DNA from: a virus
DNA length: 64,000 nt
Virus record (IMG/VR): IMGVR_UViG_3300021962_000088
Coordinates: 4,074-68,073 of that record
Strand: one strand, 5' to 3'
The notes under the pieces were generated by a model. It saw only the letters and a list, made by a program, of their open reading frames with translations, searched no databases and had not been told where the DNA came from. The stretch's first letter is position 1. Each line of letters opens with the position of its first letter. Made by a program: the position numbers and the translations under genes. Below are positions 47,498 to 56,256 of the stretch, one piece after another.

Positions 47498-48025
47498 GTG
47501 TTCCATTTTAACAAAAAACACCTAGAGGACCAAACCATACCTATGTGGGTCCTAAAAACACATGGGGAATCATTTTACGTTCATCACGTAACCTGCGAGA
47601 TACCTTGGACTACCAAGGAGACACCGGACAACTCGCATACCAAAGGCAGTATCAAAGTCAAAGATTGTTTGCTAACGATCGACGAAGAAAACTCTGCTAC
47701 TATCAGCAATCTCACTATTTTTGACAAAGTACGATTACGCAACCAAAAGTTGGGTATCACTCGTGTTATATTTTCTTGGGGATCTAAATTTCACACAGCT
47801 CTAGCAGGCAATGAATTTAAACACAGTCCATTCAAGAACGTCGAGGGCGGTTGCGGTAGCAGTTTCATTATCTGCGATCTATTAAAGAAAGAAGAAGCTA
47901 CCTTTGCGGCTTTGAAGTATCCAAACGGTTTTCGCATACTCAAACCAAACGAAGGCTATTATCAGGCCTACGATCGCAAAGGTCCAATTTGGGAAGAAGA
48001 TGAAGTTGACAATGAGGACGAATGA
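47498..48025 (+). CDS. hypothetical protein
   Basis: ORF track. Confidence 0.4.
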   Translation: MFHFNKKHLEDQTIPMWVLKTHGESFYVHHVTCEIPWTTKETPDNSHTKGSIKVKDCLLTIDEENSATISNLTIFDKVRLRNQKLGITRVIFSWGSKFHTALAGNEFKHSPFKNVEGGCGSSFIICDLLKKEEATFAALKYPNGFRILKPNEGYYQAYDRKGPIWEEDEVDNEDE

Positions 48026-48055
48026 TGTTACAATATATAAAATGAAAGGAGCATC

Positions 48056-48220
48056 ATGACCCTTGTTCAATTAGTTTTAGGTATAGCCTCTATTTTTTCA
48101 TCAGGAGTATTAGCACAATTATACTCTTCGAAGAAAGACGAGCGTGATTTCTATATGAGCATCATTGGTTTCTCTTCCGGTGTCTTTATTTTAATTTCTA
48201 TGATTGGAGCAATAGCATGA
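48056..48220 (+). CDS. small membrane protein (54 aa)
   Basis: RBS aaaggagcatcATG; ATGA overlap downstream. Confidence 0.35.
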   Translation: MTLVQLVLGIASIFSSGVLAQLYSSKKDERDFYMSIIGFSSGVFILISMIGAIA

Positions 48221-48843
48221 TCACATTAAAAGATTTTATGGAAACAGTGGGATATCGTATCACTGAAGGCAGTGACTATGGTTGGAACTGTTACGGTCCA
48301 GATGCCTATTGTCTAGATTCTTGGAACGGTGATCAAGATGGTCATAGCCTTACGATCATCTTCGATACTCGTACACAAGAAGTCTACGAAGTACAGGCAC
48401 ATGATTATCTAAATCGTCGTGCTTATCGTTATTTCAATCCTGACTATAAACCTAATCACGACAACGAAGCAACAGATCGAGGTATTGATAAAACTGAAGC
48501 CTGGGATGATCTCAAATACACAGACCTTGAAGTTGAAGAAGACTTTCTAGAAAAAGCTCGTGCTATCGTCGACGGTGAAGTCTATGACACAAGAGTCAAG
48601 GTTCCATTGACATTAGATGACAGTGAGCTGTTTGAGCTGATGAAGATGGCACATGATCGTGATATCACCCTTAACCAGATGGTCGAACAGATTTTACAAA
48701 CAGTCATAGATAGTCACAGGGAAGAACAGTCGTTGCGTGATGAGCTTGACAGCATCCGTCCTGAATATGATTTCTCTGAAGGTGAACGTGGTCCTGTGGA
48801 AGAATCTATCAAAAAAATCAAGAAGAAAAAGAAAGGAAAGTAA
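48217..48843 (+). CDS. acidic hypothetical protein
   Basis: ORF track. Confidence 0.4.
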   Translation: MITLKDFMETVGYRITEGSDYGWNCYGPDAYCLDSWNGDQDGHSLTIIFDTRTQEVYEVQAHDYLNRRAYRYFNPDYKPNHDNEATDRGIDKTEAWDDLKYTDLEVEEDFLEKARAIVDGEVYDTRVKVPLTLDDSELFELMKMAHDRDITLNQMVEQILQTVIDSHREEQSLRDELDSIRPEYDFSEGERGPVEESIKKIKKKKKGK

Positions 48844-49169
48844 TGTCCGACGCACAAAAGTTTTTAGAAGATCTAAAGACTGGGGTACGACATGTTGTAA
48901 TCAATACCTGCTATGGCGGGTTCAGTCTTAGCGAACGTGCTAAGATTGAGTATATGAAGTTAGCCGGTCTTGTTGAGCGTGACTTTCACGATCATGACCT
49001 ACCTCGGGACGACCCTTATCTAGTCAAAGTAGTTAAAGAACTAGGATCTGCGGCCGACGGTGTTCATGCTAAACTCAAGATTGTAGAGATTCCCGGTGAT
49101 GTATCTTGGCACATAGGTGAGTACGATGGCAACGAATGGGTAGCCGAGGATCATCGTTCATGGAGTTGA
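48843..49169 (+). CDS. hypothetical protein
   Basis: ORF track. Confidence 0.4.
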   Translation: MSDAQKFLEDLKTGVRHVVINTCYGGFSLSERAKIEYMKLAGLVERDFHDHDLPRDDPYLVKVVKELGSAADGVHAKLKIVEIPGDVSWHIGEYDGNEWVAEDHRSWS

Positions 49170-49375
49170 TACGTTTAAGTTTCGGCAAAGATCGTTTTCA
49201 TGAACAGAGAGATATGCTGTCTTGGTGTGAACAAAATCTAGGTCTGGGAGGCTACTATGCCTTTACCAAGGATCCAGAAAATGCTCGTTGGGCTATTGAA
49301 TCTATGTTTGGAAATACTCACTTCTTTTTTAGAAATCCCAAAGATGCCGTATTATTTGGTTTGATATGGAAATAG
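49136..49375 (+). CDS. small protein, WCxE/FxNExDAxxFxLKW family member 1
   Basis: C-terminal LSWCEQN...FFFRNPKDAVLFGLIWK. Confidence 0.5.
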   Translation: MGSRGSSFMELIRLSFGKDRFHEQRDMLSWCEQNLGLGGYYAFTKDPENARWAIESMFGNTHFFFRNPKDAVLFGLIWK

Positions 49376-49587
49376 TATTAAAAAACTGTTCGGCTAATGA
49401 TGCTGTAGATATCGTACAAGAACTTAGGTCAATGAATTTAACACAGGGTAAAGACTTTGATTTTTCTTTTACACAAAGTCGTTGGGATGAAATGATTGGC
49501 GAAATACCCAAGCAAACTCTGTTTAAATTCTATGATATTAAATGGGCATCATTGTTCGCTTTAAAATATGGTCATAGATACAGGTAA
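49366..49587 (+). CDS. small protein, family member 2 (divergent)
   Basis: C-terminal LFKFYDIKWASLFALKYG. Confidence 0.4.
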   Translation: MEIVLKNCSANDAVDIVQELRSMNLTQGKDFDFSFTQSRWDEMIGEIPKQTLFKFYDIKWASLFALKYGHRYR

Positions 49588-49837
49588 AGGTTTAAAGGTT
49601 GGTAGTGTGAACGAGATCTTGGCGACAAGAGCTCGTGCCACCTTTAGTCATCGCATAAACTTTCAAACTGTAGGCTATGTAACTCTGCCTAAGATGAAGG
49701 AATGGTGCGATGAGAATTGTCTAGGTCTTTGGAGATGCCAGGATATACATGCTTTGTATTTTCAATTCGAAAACGAACGTGATGCTACAATGTTCATGCT
49801 CAAATGGGGCACCGTAGAAGGTAACAAGTTGAAATGA
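49568..49837 (+). CDS. small protein, family member 3
   Basis: KEWCDEN...YFQFENERDATMFMLKWG. Confidence 0.5.
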   Translation: MVIDTGKGLKVGSVNEILATRARATFSHRINFQTVGYVTLPKMKEWCDENCLGLWRCQDIHALYFQFENERDATMFMLKWGTVEGNKLK

Positions 49838-50229
49838 AAATTCATCAATGGCAACTAGATCTATTAGATAAAATGACACGATACAAAGGACGAGGGGTTG
49901 TTCAGATTACAGGTCGCCAGATAGGCAAGAGTGCCTTTTCTGCTCAGGCCCTTCAGCGTATGATGGACGATATCTACGGTCAACCCGTATCAGATATCAA
50001 ACTGTCAGAGGGCAAAGTCTACGGTGCTCGTTATTACACAGCGGAACCCATAGGCGGATCGTGGCCGGAAATGGAAGCATGGTGTTACGAAACATTTGGC
50101 GATGACGCATCACCTATCTGGGGAGCAGATAAGGCACCAGAACCCGCACAGCGTTGGTATAAGAATGCTCGAAAGTTTTGGTTTAGAAGTGAGGCAGATA
50201 GAACGATGTTTGTATTGAAATGGCGGTAA
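49834..50229 (+). CDS. small protein, family member 4
   Basis: EAWCYET...FWFRSEADRTMFVLKWR. Confidence 0.5.
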   Translation: MKIHQWQLDLLDKMTRYKGRGVVQITGRQIGKSAFSAQALQRMMDDIYGQPVSDIKLSEGKVYGARYYTAEPIGGSWPEMEAWCYETFGDDASPIWGADKAPEPAQRWYKNARKFWFRSEADRTMFVLKWR

Positions 50230-50435
50230 ATCATTTAGATATTGGCAGAGGTTATGTATTAGGCTACGACAGCAGAGACATACCCTTACCGTCTACTATA
50301 AGACAAGAAGTTTGGGATTGGTCTGAAAAACAAGGTATAGTGTTAGAAGGTCACAGGTATGGCGTCGCTGGTATGGACATTTGGCGTGTTCGCGACGAAG
50401 AACAACGTGTAAGGTTTATATTAAGATGGCTGTAA
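50220..50435 (+). CDS. small protein, family member 5
   Basis: VWDWSEKQ...WRVRDEEQRVRFILRWL. Confidence 0.45.
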   Translation: MAVNHLDIGRGYVLGYDSRDIPLPSTIRQEVWDWSEKQGIVLEGHRYGVAGMDIWRVRDEEQRVRFILRWL

Positions 50436-50824
50436 GAACATTACGACGCAAAGTTATTATCCGTGAATACGACTTCGAACGTGTGCGTGATCAAGCATTC
50501 GCTCCCCTGGCAATGATGGGATCATCGGAGACTCTATATGATAGAGCAGAGTTTATTCCCCTTAATCAAGAGAATCTCGAAAAACTCAAAGTTATAGATA
50601 TACTTCGAAGTAAAAAAACAAAAATATCAGAAGTAGATCTAGATCTTAAAAGGCCTGCTCTACTAGTGGCTCAGTTACGGGATTATCTCTACAGCGACAA
50701 ATATTATAATTGGCATGTGACTGTAGACGAAGAGGGCTACGTCTGTGTACAAGCCCGTAAGAACACTCCCAAGACTCGATTAGGATGGGCTATATTTGAA
50801 AAGGACATAAAATGTCGAATCTAG
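50381..50824 (+). CDS. hypothetical protein
   Basis: ORF track. Confidence 0.4.
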   Translation: MACSRRRTTCKVYIKMAVRTLRRKVIIREYDFERVRDQAFAPLAMMGSSETLYDRAEFIPLNQENLEKLKVIDILRSKKTKISEVDLDLKRPALLVAQLRDYLYSDKYYNWHVTVDEEGYVCVQARKNTPKTRLGWAIFEKDIKCRI

Positions 50825-51075
50825 AAGACGAAATCGTTAACGAACTGTCTACTCAGATGCAGAGTGAAATAGATTTTTCTATATTATCCGATATGCTGGT
50901 ACAGGCCTGCGGTTGGAAGAAAGTTACACTGACTAGATTCTTTAGCAGAAAACACGCTATCAATATACTGATGTGGTGTGAAGAACACATCAAACATCCT
51001 TTCGAACATCGTGGATCCACTTTTGTTTTCGAAAATGAAGGCGATGCTATTAACTTTGCACTAAAATGGTTATAA
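50812..51075 (+). CDS. small protein, family member 6
   Basis: LMWCEEH...FVFENEGDAINFALKWL. Confidence 0.5.
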   Translation: MSNLEDEIVNELSTQMQSEIDFSILSDMLVQACGWKKVTLTRFFSRKHAINILMWCEEHIKHPFEHRGSTFVFENEGDAINFALKWL

Positions 51076-51281
51076 CACAACGAATCTACGACGGATGTGA
51101 TTGCTATCCCTGGATGGAGGTCCGTGCCTGGTGGCCAGTGCGAACTATCGCTGGAAAATATGTGTGGGGTAGAAAGATCTACAAACGAAAGTTTTGGGCG
51201 GTATGGGGCAACGGATTTCACATGGAACCTGAAGTAGAATACGCCGAACTGTTTGATATATTAAACTATGGGCAAAGTTAA
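51066..51281 (+). CDS. Trp-rich small protein
   Basis: ORF track. Confidence 0.35.
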   Translation: MVITQRIYDGCDCYPWMEVRAWWPVRTIAGKYVWGRKIYKRKFWAVWGNGFHMEPEVEYAELFDILNYGQS

Positions 51282-51672
51282 AGAACACTACGCATTTCCA
51301 AATGCTCCAGATAGAACGTCGGCGATAAATCAAAAACTAGCTGACACCTATTTTCAGCATCATTCTCCTTATGTTCATCGACCACCTAAAGATAAGTACA
51401 TCATCGTAGGAGATCGTGTGGAAGAAGTCAAAACAGTCGTAGTTCATGAATTCTCAATGGGAGACGTGGAAGATCCGGATCTATATGCCGCCCAACCGTT
51501 ATATGAATGGGAAAAGAGCGAGCAAGGACAGTGGATAATGAAGAACGCCTGCGACACACCTACTTGGTATAGAATGGCTGATATGGCTAGCTACGGGTAC
51601 CGATATCAGATACGGGCCAAACTAATGGGATCTGCTCTAACAGAATGGTTGTTAAAATATGGCAGCAAATAA
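51268..51672 (+). CDS. hypothetical protein
   Basis: ORF track. Confidence 0.4.
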   Translation: MGKVKEHYAFPNAPDRTSAINQKLADTYFQHHSPYVHRPPKDKYIIVGDRVEEVKTVVVHEFSMGDVEDPDLYAAQPLYEWEKSEQGQWIMKNACDTPTWYRMADMASYGYRYQIRAKLMGSALTEWLLKYGSK

Positions 51673-51928
51673 TGAACCCAAAAGTTTTCTTAACATGGCC
51701 CACAAAACCGTTGGGACTGCGTTACTAGAAGACGATAAATTGATGTCAATTTTGAATTCTTATTACATCGTTCGACTCAACGATTCAGATAACGATTTCA
51801 ACGAAAAATTATCTTGGTGTTTGGAGCACTGTCACAGCAAATTTCGAGACATCAAAGAATCCGATTGCCGTGCCTGGTATTTCCAAAACGAGCAAGATGC
51901 CACTATGTTCGCCATGCGATGGTCTTAG
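51659..51928 (+). CDS. small protein, family member 7
   Basis: LSWCLEH...WYFQNEQDATMFAMRWS. Confidence 0.5.
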   Translation: MAANNEPKSFLNMAHKTVGTALLEDDKLMSILNSYYIVRLNDSDNDFNEKLSWCLEHCHSKFRDIKESDCRAWYFQNEQDATMFAMRWS

Positions 51929-51993
51929 ATTATTGACAGACTGAGCCGTTGATGCTATAATAAAATATCATCAATAAACATCGAAAGTTTCAG

Positions 51994-52446
51994 ATGGCAC
52001 GTGGTCGAGCAAAACTTACCGAGAAACAAGAACGGATCCTAATTCAAGCCCAACTCATGGGTTTGACTCCTCGCGATATGCAGCAGATTTCAAACCGTCT
52101 GATTGCCCTTCAGAAAGAGTCTAAGGAAAGGGTAGCTGTTAACGAAGCTATTCAGGGGTACAGTTGGAGCAAAGATGCCAAAAAACAATGGTCCGTTACT
52201 ACCCCCGACGGCTATGTCTGCGAGTTTACCAAAGGCACTAAGCATCGCACTGGTTACTGGGATCGTAGTTGGGATTACAATGTTAAAGTTACTAAACCAG
52301 GAACTGCTTTTAAAACTCGCTATCTACAGAAAAAACAGATCAGTGTTCGTGATGAGTGGGTGGCTAAACTCTGCCCAGAAAACAGCAAAGAACTGTATGG
52401 CATCATTCGCTGGGCACACAATCTTAAACGAGAAATTAAAGAATGA
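51994..52446 (+). CDS. hypothetical protein
   Basis: ORF track. Confidence 0.4.
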   Translation: MARGRAKLTEKQERILIQAQLMGLTPRDMQQISNRLIALQKESKERVAVNEAIQGYSWSKDAKKQWSVTTPDGYVCEFTKGTKHRTGYWDRSWDYNVKVTKPGTAFKTRYLQKKQISVRDEWVAKLCPENSKELYGIIRWAHNLKREIKE

Positions 52447-52907
52447 ACATTGAACAAGCAACTATCGTAGAAATCCTTCCTACTGAAGTTTGGTATGAAA
52501 AGGATATACTTGGCACAGTCCATGTCAAGATGAAGCATCAAGGCATGGAGCCGTTTACCTTTATTCAAATGAACTATGACTATATGTATACTAGCAACAG
52601 TCATCAGCGTGACATGGTCAAGCGTATTGGTCAACTGTTAGGCGTAGAAGATATTCAATCACGCGAATGGCAAATGCCCGAAAGCTGGAAGGTAAAACCC
52701 AACGAAGTTGACCAAGAACTTCGTAAAGAAATTATCACATCTATGTGTTATACATATAGACACGACTACGGTCTAGATAAGACTGTAGGCACAGGATTCG
52801 CTGATGCGATTTCCAGCGGCATGACTGAAGAAGAAAGACAAGCTCTGTGGAATCAGATGGCACAGATTTTTGATAATGACATAGCACCCCATATAGAGTT
52901 TATATGA
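52443..52907 (+). CDS. hypothetical protein
   Basis: ORF track. Confidence 0.4.
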   Translation: MNIEQATIVEILPTEVWYEKDILGTVHVKMKHQGMEPFTFIQMNYDYMYTSNSHQRDMVKRIGQLLGVEDIQSREWQMPESWKVKPNEVDQELRKEIITSMCYTYRHDYGLDKTVGTGFADAISSGMTEEERQALWNQMAQIFDNDIAPHIEFI

Positions 52908-53125
52908 GTAGTTCCTCAACCATAACTGGATTTATCGAAATCTTTGAAGGCCGTCTTCAGAAGATGAAGTTACATCTTAAACAAGAATTGAGTAAAGCCA
53001 AGCATGAACGTGATAAGAAAGCTATTCGTCGTATCGTATATGATGCTAGAAAGCTCAACAAAACTCTGAAAGAAATGCGTAATTCCGCAGCAAAGAAGTG
53101 TCCGCATTGCGGAGAAAAGATATGA
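52904..53125 (+). CDS. small protein with C-terminal CPHCGEK zinc-ribbon-like motif
   Basis: ORF track. Confidence 0.4.
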   Translation: MSSSSTITGFIEIFEGRLQKMKLHLKQELSKAKHERDKKAIRRIVYDARKLNKTLKEMRNSAAKKCPHCGEKI

Positions 53126-53331
53126 ACGAACGAATTAGACAATTTGAGAGACAATGCTGGGATCATCAAGCCAATTGTTTAGATACAGAAAAGTTCGCCG
53201 AGTTGATTGTGCATGAATGTATGTCGTGTTCTATTTGGGTTGGCAAGAACAATACCGATAGTGTTGAACCCGTACACACCGCTCATGCTATCAACCAGCT
53301 TATCAAGAAACGTTTCGGAGTTGAAGAATGA
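53098..53331 (+). CDS. small protein, MNERIR family
   Basis: Paralog of 45030..45308. Confidence 0.45.
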   Translation: MSALRRKDMNERIRQFERQCWDHQANCLDTEKFAELIVHECMSCSIWVGKNNTDSVEPVHTAHAINQLIKKRFGVEE

Positions 53332-53516
53332 ACGAGCGAATCAAAGAACTTGAAGCAACACTACGAGACCTTTACGAAGGACGTACTTTGGTTATTCCGG
53401 CCGACCTCGATCATGCTTATCAAATGATGAATCTATCAATGATGTATATCAGAGACGACCAACAACGAGTAATGAGTTATTTAAAACAGGATACTGTAAA
53501 TGAAAATCGGATTTAG
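53328..53516 (+). CDS. small protein (N-terminus MNERIKE)
   Basis: ORF track; shares N-terminal pentapeptide with the MNERIR proteins. Confidence 0.35.
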   Translation: MNERIKELEATLRDLYEGRTLVIPADLDHAYQMMNLSMMYIRDDQQRVMSYLKQDTVNENRI

Positions 53517-53904
53517 TCTAGGTCGTTGTATTCGCGATATTGTTGACGGTGATGTTAGTGTTGACGATGTGGCATTCCTTATCACGGCTACAAATGTCCG
53601 AGATAGGTCACATCTCGATAATGTCATTGGTGCTTATATGAATGAGCCTGGATATCTGCTAGACAGAGATTACCATCAGTGTATGGAAGTAGCACAACTG
53701 TTATGGGATACAAATAGAATCCTACAGCCTCGTGCTCAAGGCATGCATAGACATGCTCAGCCGGAAAGTTCTATCTGGGTAGATATTTTTCCTACACAGA
53801 CCAGCGACAACGAAAGTGTCAAGAAAGCCTGGAACGCCTATAGATTTATGCTACATATGGTAGAGAACGTAGACACGGAGGCTACAGAAGTTTTTAAAAC
53901 GTAA
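53500..53904 (+). CDS. hypothetical protein
   Basis: ORF track. Confidence 0.4.
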   Translation: MKIGFSLGRCIRDIVDGDVSVDDVAFLITATNVRDRSHLDNVIGAYMNEPGYLLDRDYHQCMEVAQLLWDTNRILQPRAQGMHRHAQPESSIWVDIFPTQTSDNESVKKAWNAYRFMLHMVENVDTEATEVFKT

Positions 53905-53914
53905 GGAGAGAGGC

Positions 53915-54094
53915 ATGGTTAAAGAAGGATCACGATGGAGCAGCAGTGAGGGAAAAACCTTCCATGTTATACATCGAATTGAATTAGACGGACATGTATG
54001 GATACACTATCTCTTAGAGAATAAAGAAAATTCTCAAGAATATAGTTGTTACGAAGAAAGTTTTTTGGCTAGATTTACGCCCCTTCCAGAATGA
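53915..54094 (+). CDS. small hypothetical protein (59 aa)
   Basis: Strong SD taaggagagaggcATG. Confidence 0.4.
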   Translation: MVKEGSRWSSSEGKTFHVIHRIELDGHVWIHYLLENKENSQEYSCYEESFLARFTPLPE

Positions 54095-54194
54095 TTAATA
54101 TACAATTCAATCTTCGAATTCCAGGATCTAATCGATTTAGGAATATCAAATGCTGGCACGGAATCACGCCTTTTATCCATAAATTTTGGGAATT

Positions 54195-54212
54195 GCAGAT
54201 TTATAAATCTGC
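54195..54212. promoter_or_regulatory. perfect 18-bp palindrome GCAGATTTATAAATCTGC (operator-like) in the clpP upstream region
   Basis: Exact inverted repeat; flanked by imperfect direct repeats gaattccag(g)atcta..cgatt at 54115 and 54300. Confidence 0.35.
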
Positions 54213-54347
54213 TGATATTTTGGACATATTTTTAAGACTCACTAGTAAACAAAGTCATGCTGGGTTATCGTGCGGACTAGGGTTTTGCGGTATCAATATG
54301 GAATTCCAGATCTACGATTCTCGACATTGGAATGACACAACAGGGCG

Positions 54348-54376
54348 TTGGCAAGATTATTAACAGATGCTATAAT
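54348..54376 (+). promoter_or_regulatory. sigma70 consensus promoter (TTGGCA-17-TATAAT) upstream of clpP
   Basis: Hexamers with 17-bp spacer. Confidence 0.5.
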
Positions 54377-54397
54377 ATAGGATAAGTAAAGATAAAC

Positions 54398-54973
54398 ATG
54401 GAGCATCGTGTGAAAAAATTGGAAGAATTCATAGCCGAAGATCGGATTGATCTCAAACTACTTGAAAATCATACCCATTTTATCAATGGAGAAATCAACG
54501 AGGATTCTGTCGGAGCCGTAGTAAAATGGCTGATCTATGAAAATCTAGATCCTAACAAAGAAAAAATCTTAACCCTGTATATCAATTCTACAGGGGGAGA
54601 TCTGTATCAGGCATTCGGACTCATAGATGTTATGCGGGCTAGTCCTCACGTAGTTAGATGTGTAGGGATTGGTGCTGTAATGAGTGCGGCATTTTTAATC
54701 TTTGCATCCGGAGACAAAGGACAGAGATTTGCGGCTAAGAATACCAGCTTTATGTGCCATCAATTTACAGAAAGCATGGATTCAAAATATCATGATCTCA
54801 AGGCTACTATGAAAGAAAACGACATTTGTAACGATAGAATGGTTAATGTTTTAAAAGAAGCAACAGGTCTAGCACCTAGTGTGATCAAGAAAAAATTACT
54901 GCCAGCTAGTGATGTATATCTTACCGCTGACGAAGTGATTGAACTAGGAATCGCTGATCATATTTTGGAATAA
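54398..54973 (+). CDS. clpP: ATP-dependent Clp protease proteolytic subunit
   Basis: Catalytic-Ser region INSTGGDLYQAFGLIDVMR...GAVMSAAFLIFASGDKGQRFAAKNTSFMCHQ. Confidence 0.8.
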   Translation: MEHRVKKLEEFIAEDRIDLKLLENHTHFINGEINEDSVGAVVKWLIYENLDPNKEKILTLYINSTGGDLYQAFGLIDVMRASPHVVRCVGIGAVMSAAFLIFASGDKGQRFAAKNTSFMCHQFTESMDSKYHDLKATMKENDICNDRMVNVLKEATGLAPSVIKKKLLPASDVYLTADEVIELGIADHILE

Positions 54974-54976
54974 TTT

Positions 54977-55219
54977 ATGAACATAGTATCTATAGATCCA
55001 AAGGTTAAGAAAGACGAAGAACGTAAGCAATCTATGTTAGATGTACTGACAGAGATACGCAGACAGGTAGAGGAAGGCGAGATTAAAGAATTCGTAGCCT
55101 GTTCGCTGAACGACGAGGGAGAAGCACAGATACACGCCAGCTGTCTCGATCTCATAGGCGGCGTAGGCTTGTTTGAAGTTGGTAAGCACTTACTAATCGA
55201 AACAGACAGAATGTTGTAA
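54977..55219 (+). CDS. hypothetical protein
   Basis: ORF track. Confidence 0.4.
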   Translation: MNIVSIDPKVKKDEERKQSMLDVLTEIRRQVEEGEIKEFVACSLNDEGEAQIHASCLDLIGGVGLFEVGKHLLIETDRML

Positions 55220-55249
55220 AAATACCACAATTATCTGGGTATTTTTATG

Positions 55250-55278
55250 TTGACATATAAATAAACTGACATTATAAT
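55250..55278 (+). promoter_or_regulatory. sigma70 consensus promoter (TTGACA-17-TATAAT)
   Basis: Perfect hexamers. Confidence 0.55.
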
Positions 55279-55336
55279 TGATACATGGTTAGGGAAGTTG
55301 TTGAAAAATTAATTTTTCCAAAAAGAAAAATAGTGG

Positions 55337-55365
55337 TTGACAACAGAACTAAATAAATGTACAAT
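55337..55365 (+). promoter_or_regulatory. sigma70 consensus promoter (TTGACA-17-TACAAT), second of a tandem pair
   Basis: 87 bp downstream of the previous promoter. Confidence 0.55.
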
Positions 55366-55418
55366 TAGATCATGCGTTAGAGATTCATCTAACAATTTTA
55401 AGGAAACAAGAGAAGCAA

Positions 55419-55562
55419 ATGAAAATGACGACATTACATAGACAATGTAAATCGATAGCCCAAGTGGGAGGCTTTATGCCCTCATATTGGCTCGCGATTA
55501 ATAGTTTATCTAATGATCGTACACCAGAGCTAACCTTGGGGTCCCCGGAGACTGATGTGTAA
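55419..55562 (+). CDS. possible 47-aa small protein within a promoter-to-terminator unit (alternatively an sRNA)
   Basis: Only ORF in the roughly 250-nt transcript between the promoters and the terminator at 55588-55622; weak SD. Confidence 0.25.
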   Translation: MKMTTLHRQCKSIAQVGGFMPSYWLAINSLSNDRTPELTLGSPETDV

Positions 55563-55587
55563 CTAAAATACACAGAATGAATTCAAA

Positions 55588-55622
55588 GGACCCCAGGATT
55601 AAAAACCCTGGGGTTTTTGTTT
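55588..55622 (+). terminator. strong rho-independent terminator (ccccaggATTAAAAAccctgggg + T5)
   Basis: 7-bp GC stem plus T-run. Confidence 0.75.
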
Positions 55623-55636
55623 GTTAAAAAGGAAAA

Positions 55637-55819
55637 ATGGAACATAAAGAAATTGATTATAGGAAAGTAAACAAGAAGATTGTTGAACAGGCTTACGTGT
55701 CTGCTTATACTCTAAGTGATGAACAGACACGCAAACTTATTCAAGATAAGTTTGATCGAGCTCATGAACTCAGAGAAGCCTTGAAGAAGAGCAATCTACT
55801 CTGGCATACTGAACGATAA
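55637..55819 (+). CDS. small hypothetical protein
   Basis: ORF track. Confidence 0.35.
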   Translation: MEHKEIDYRKVNKKIVEQAYVSAYTLSDEQTRKLIQDKFDRAHELREALKKSNLLWHTER

Positions 55820-56063
55820 GCTCAAAGTGGTATAGGGAACGCGACCCTGCTGCCCACTTAAAACATGCGGCTATTAATGAGGGCGGCCTACCGGATGATA
55901 AGTTCCTGGCGAAAACGGGAATGCGTAAAATGGTAGCGTATTAAAGTGTTCTATCCTGACCCCTGGAACGGGCATGGCAGCGTAGCGTAGAGCATTTTAA
56001 TACACACTCTTCTTTCGCCTTACGACGGCGTCAAAAAGCATAGCGGAGAGTGTTACAAATTTT

Positions 56064-56152
56064 GGAAGTGTGTGCTGAATTGGTTGAAGGCAACGGACTG
56101 TAAATCCGCCACATAAGAAACGCTGTAGGTTCGAATCCTACCACTTCCACCA
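56064..56152 (+). tRNA. tRNA-Tyr(GTA), class II
   Basis: Acceptor ggaagtg/cacttcc, loop ctGTAaa, long variable arm, T-arm gtagg-ttcgaat-cctac, CCA. Confidence 0.7.
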
Positions 56153-56157
56153 AATTT

Positions 56158-56232
56158 GGTCTCAAGGTGTTCATGGACGCATACTGGCTTGTCACGCCAG
56201 AGGACGGGGATCGTTACCCCGTGGGACCGCCA
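56158..56232 (+). tRNA. tRNA-Asp(GTC) with atypical T-loop (ATCGTTA)
   Basis: Acceptor ggtctca/tgggacc, anticodon stem ctggc/gccag with loop ttGTCac, CCA. Confidence 0.55.
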
Positions 56233-56256
56233 GTTATAAATGATATATAGTTTTAC

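Noticed and set aside
54091-54363. 90-aa ORF upstream of clpP
   Set aside because: Overlaps palindrome, repeat and promoter elements; odd composition; more likely a non-coding regulatory region.
55385-55573. 62-aa minus-strand ORF between the tandem promoters and the terminator
   Set aside because: Antisense to a promoter-driven unit; no SD.
55830-56063. RNase P RNA, 6S RNA or group I intron in the structured gaps of the tRNA array
   Set aside because: None of the conserved RNase P blocks (P4 GGAAAGUCCGG, ACAGAAACCGGCUUA, GGUGAAA-GGUGCGGUAAGAGCGCACC) and no group I P7 core could be found by eye; left as unclassified structured RNA.
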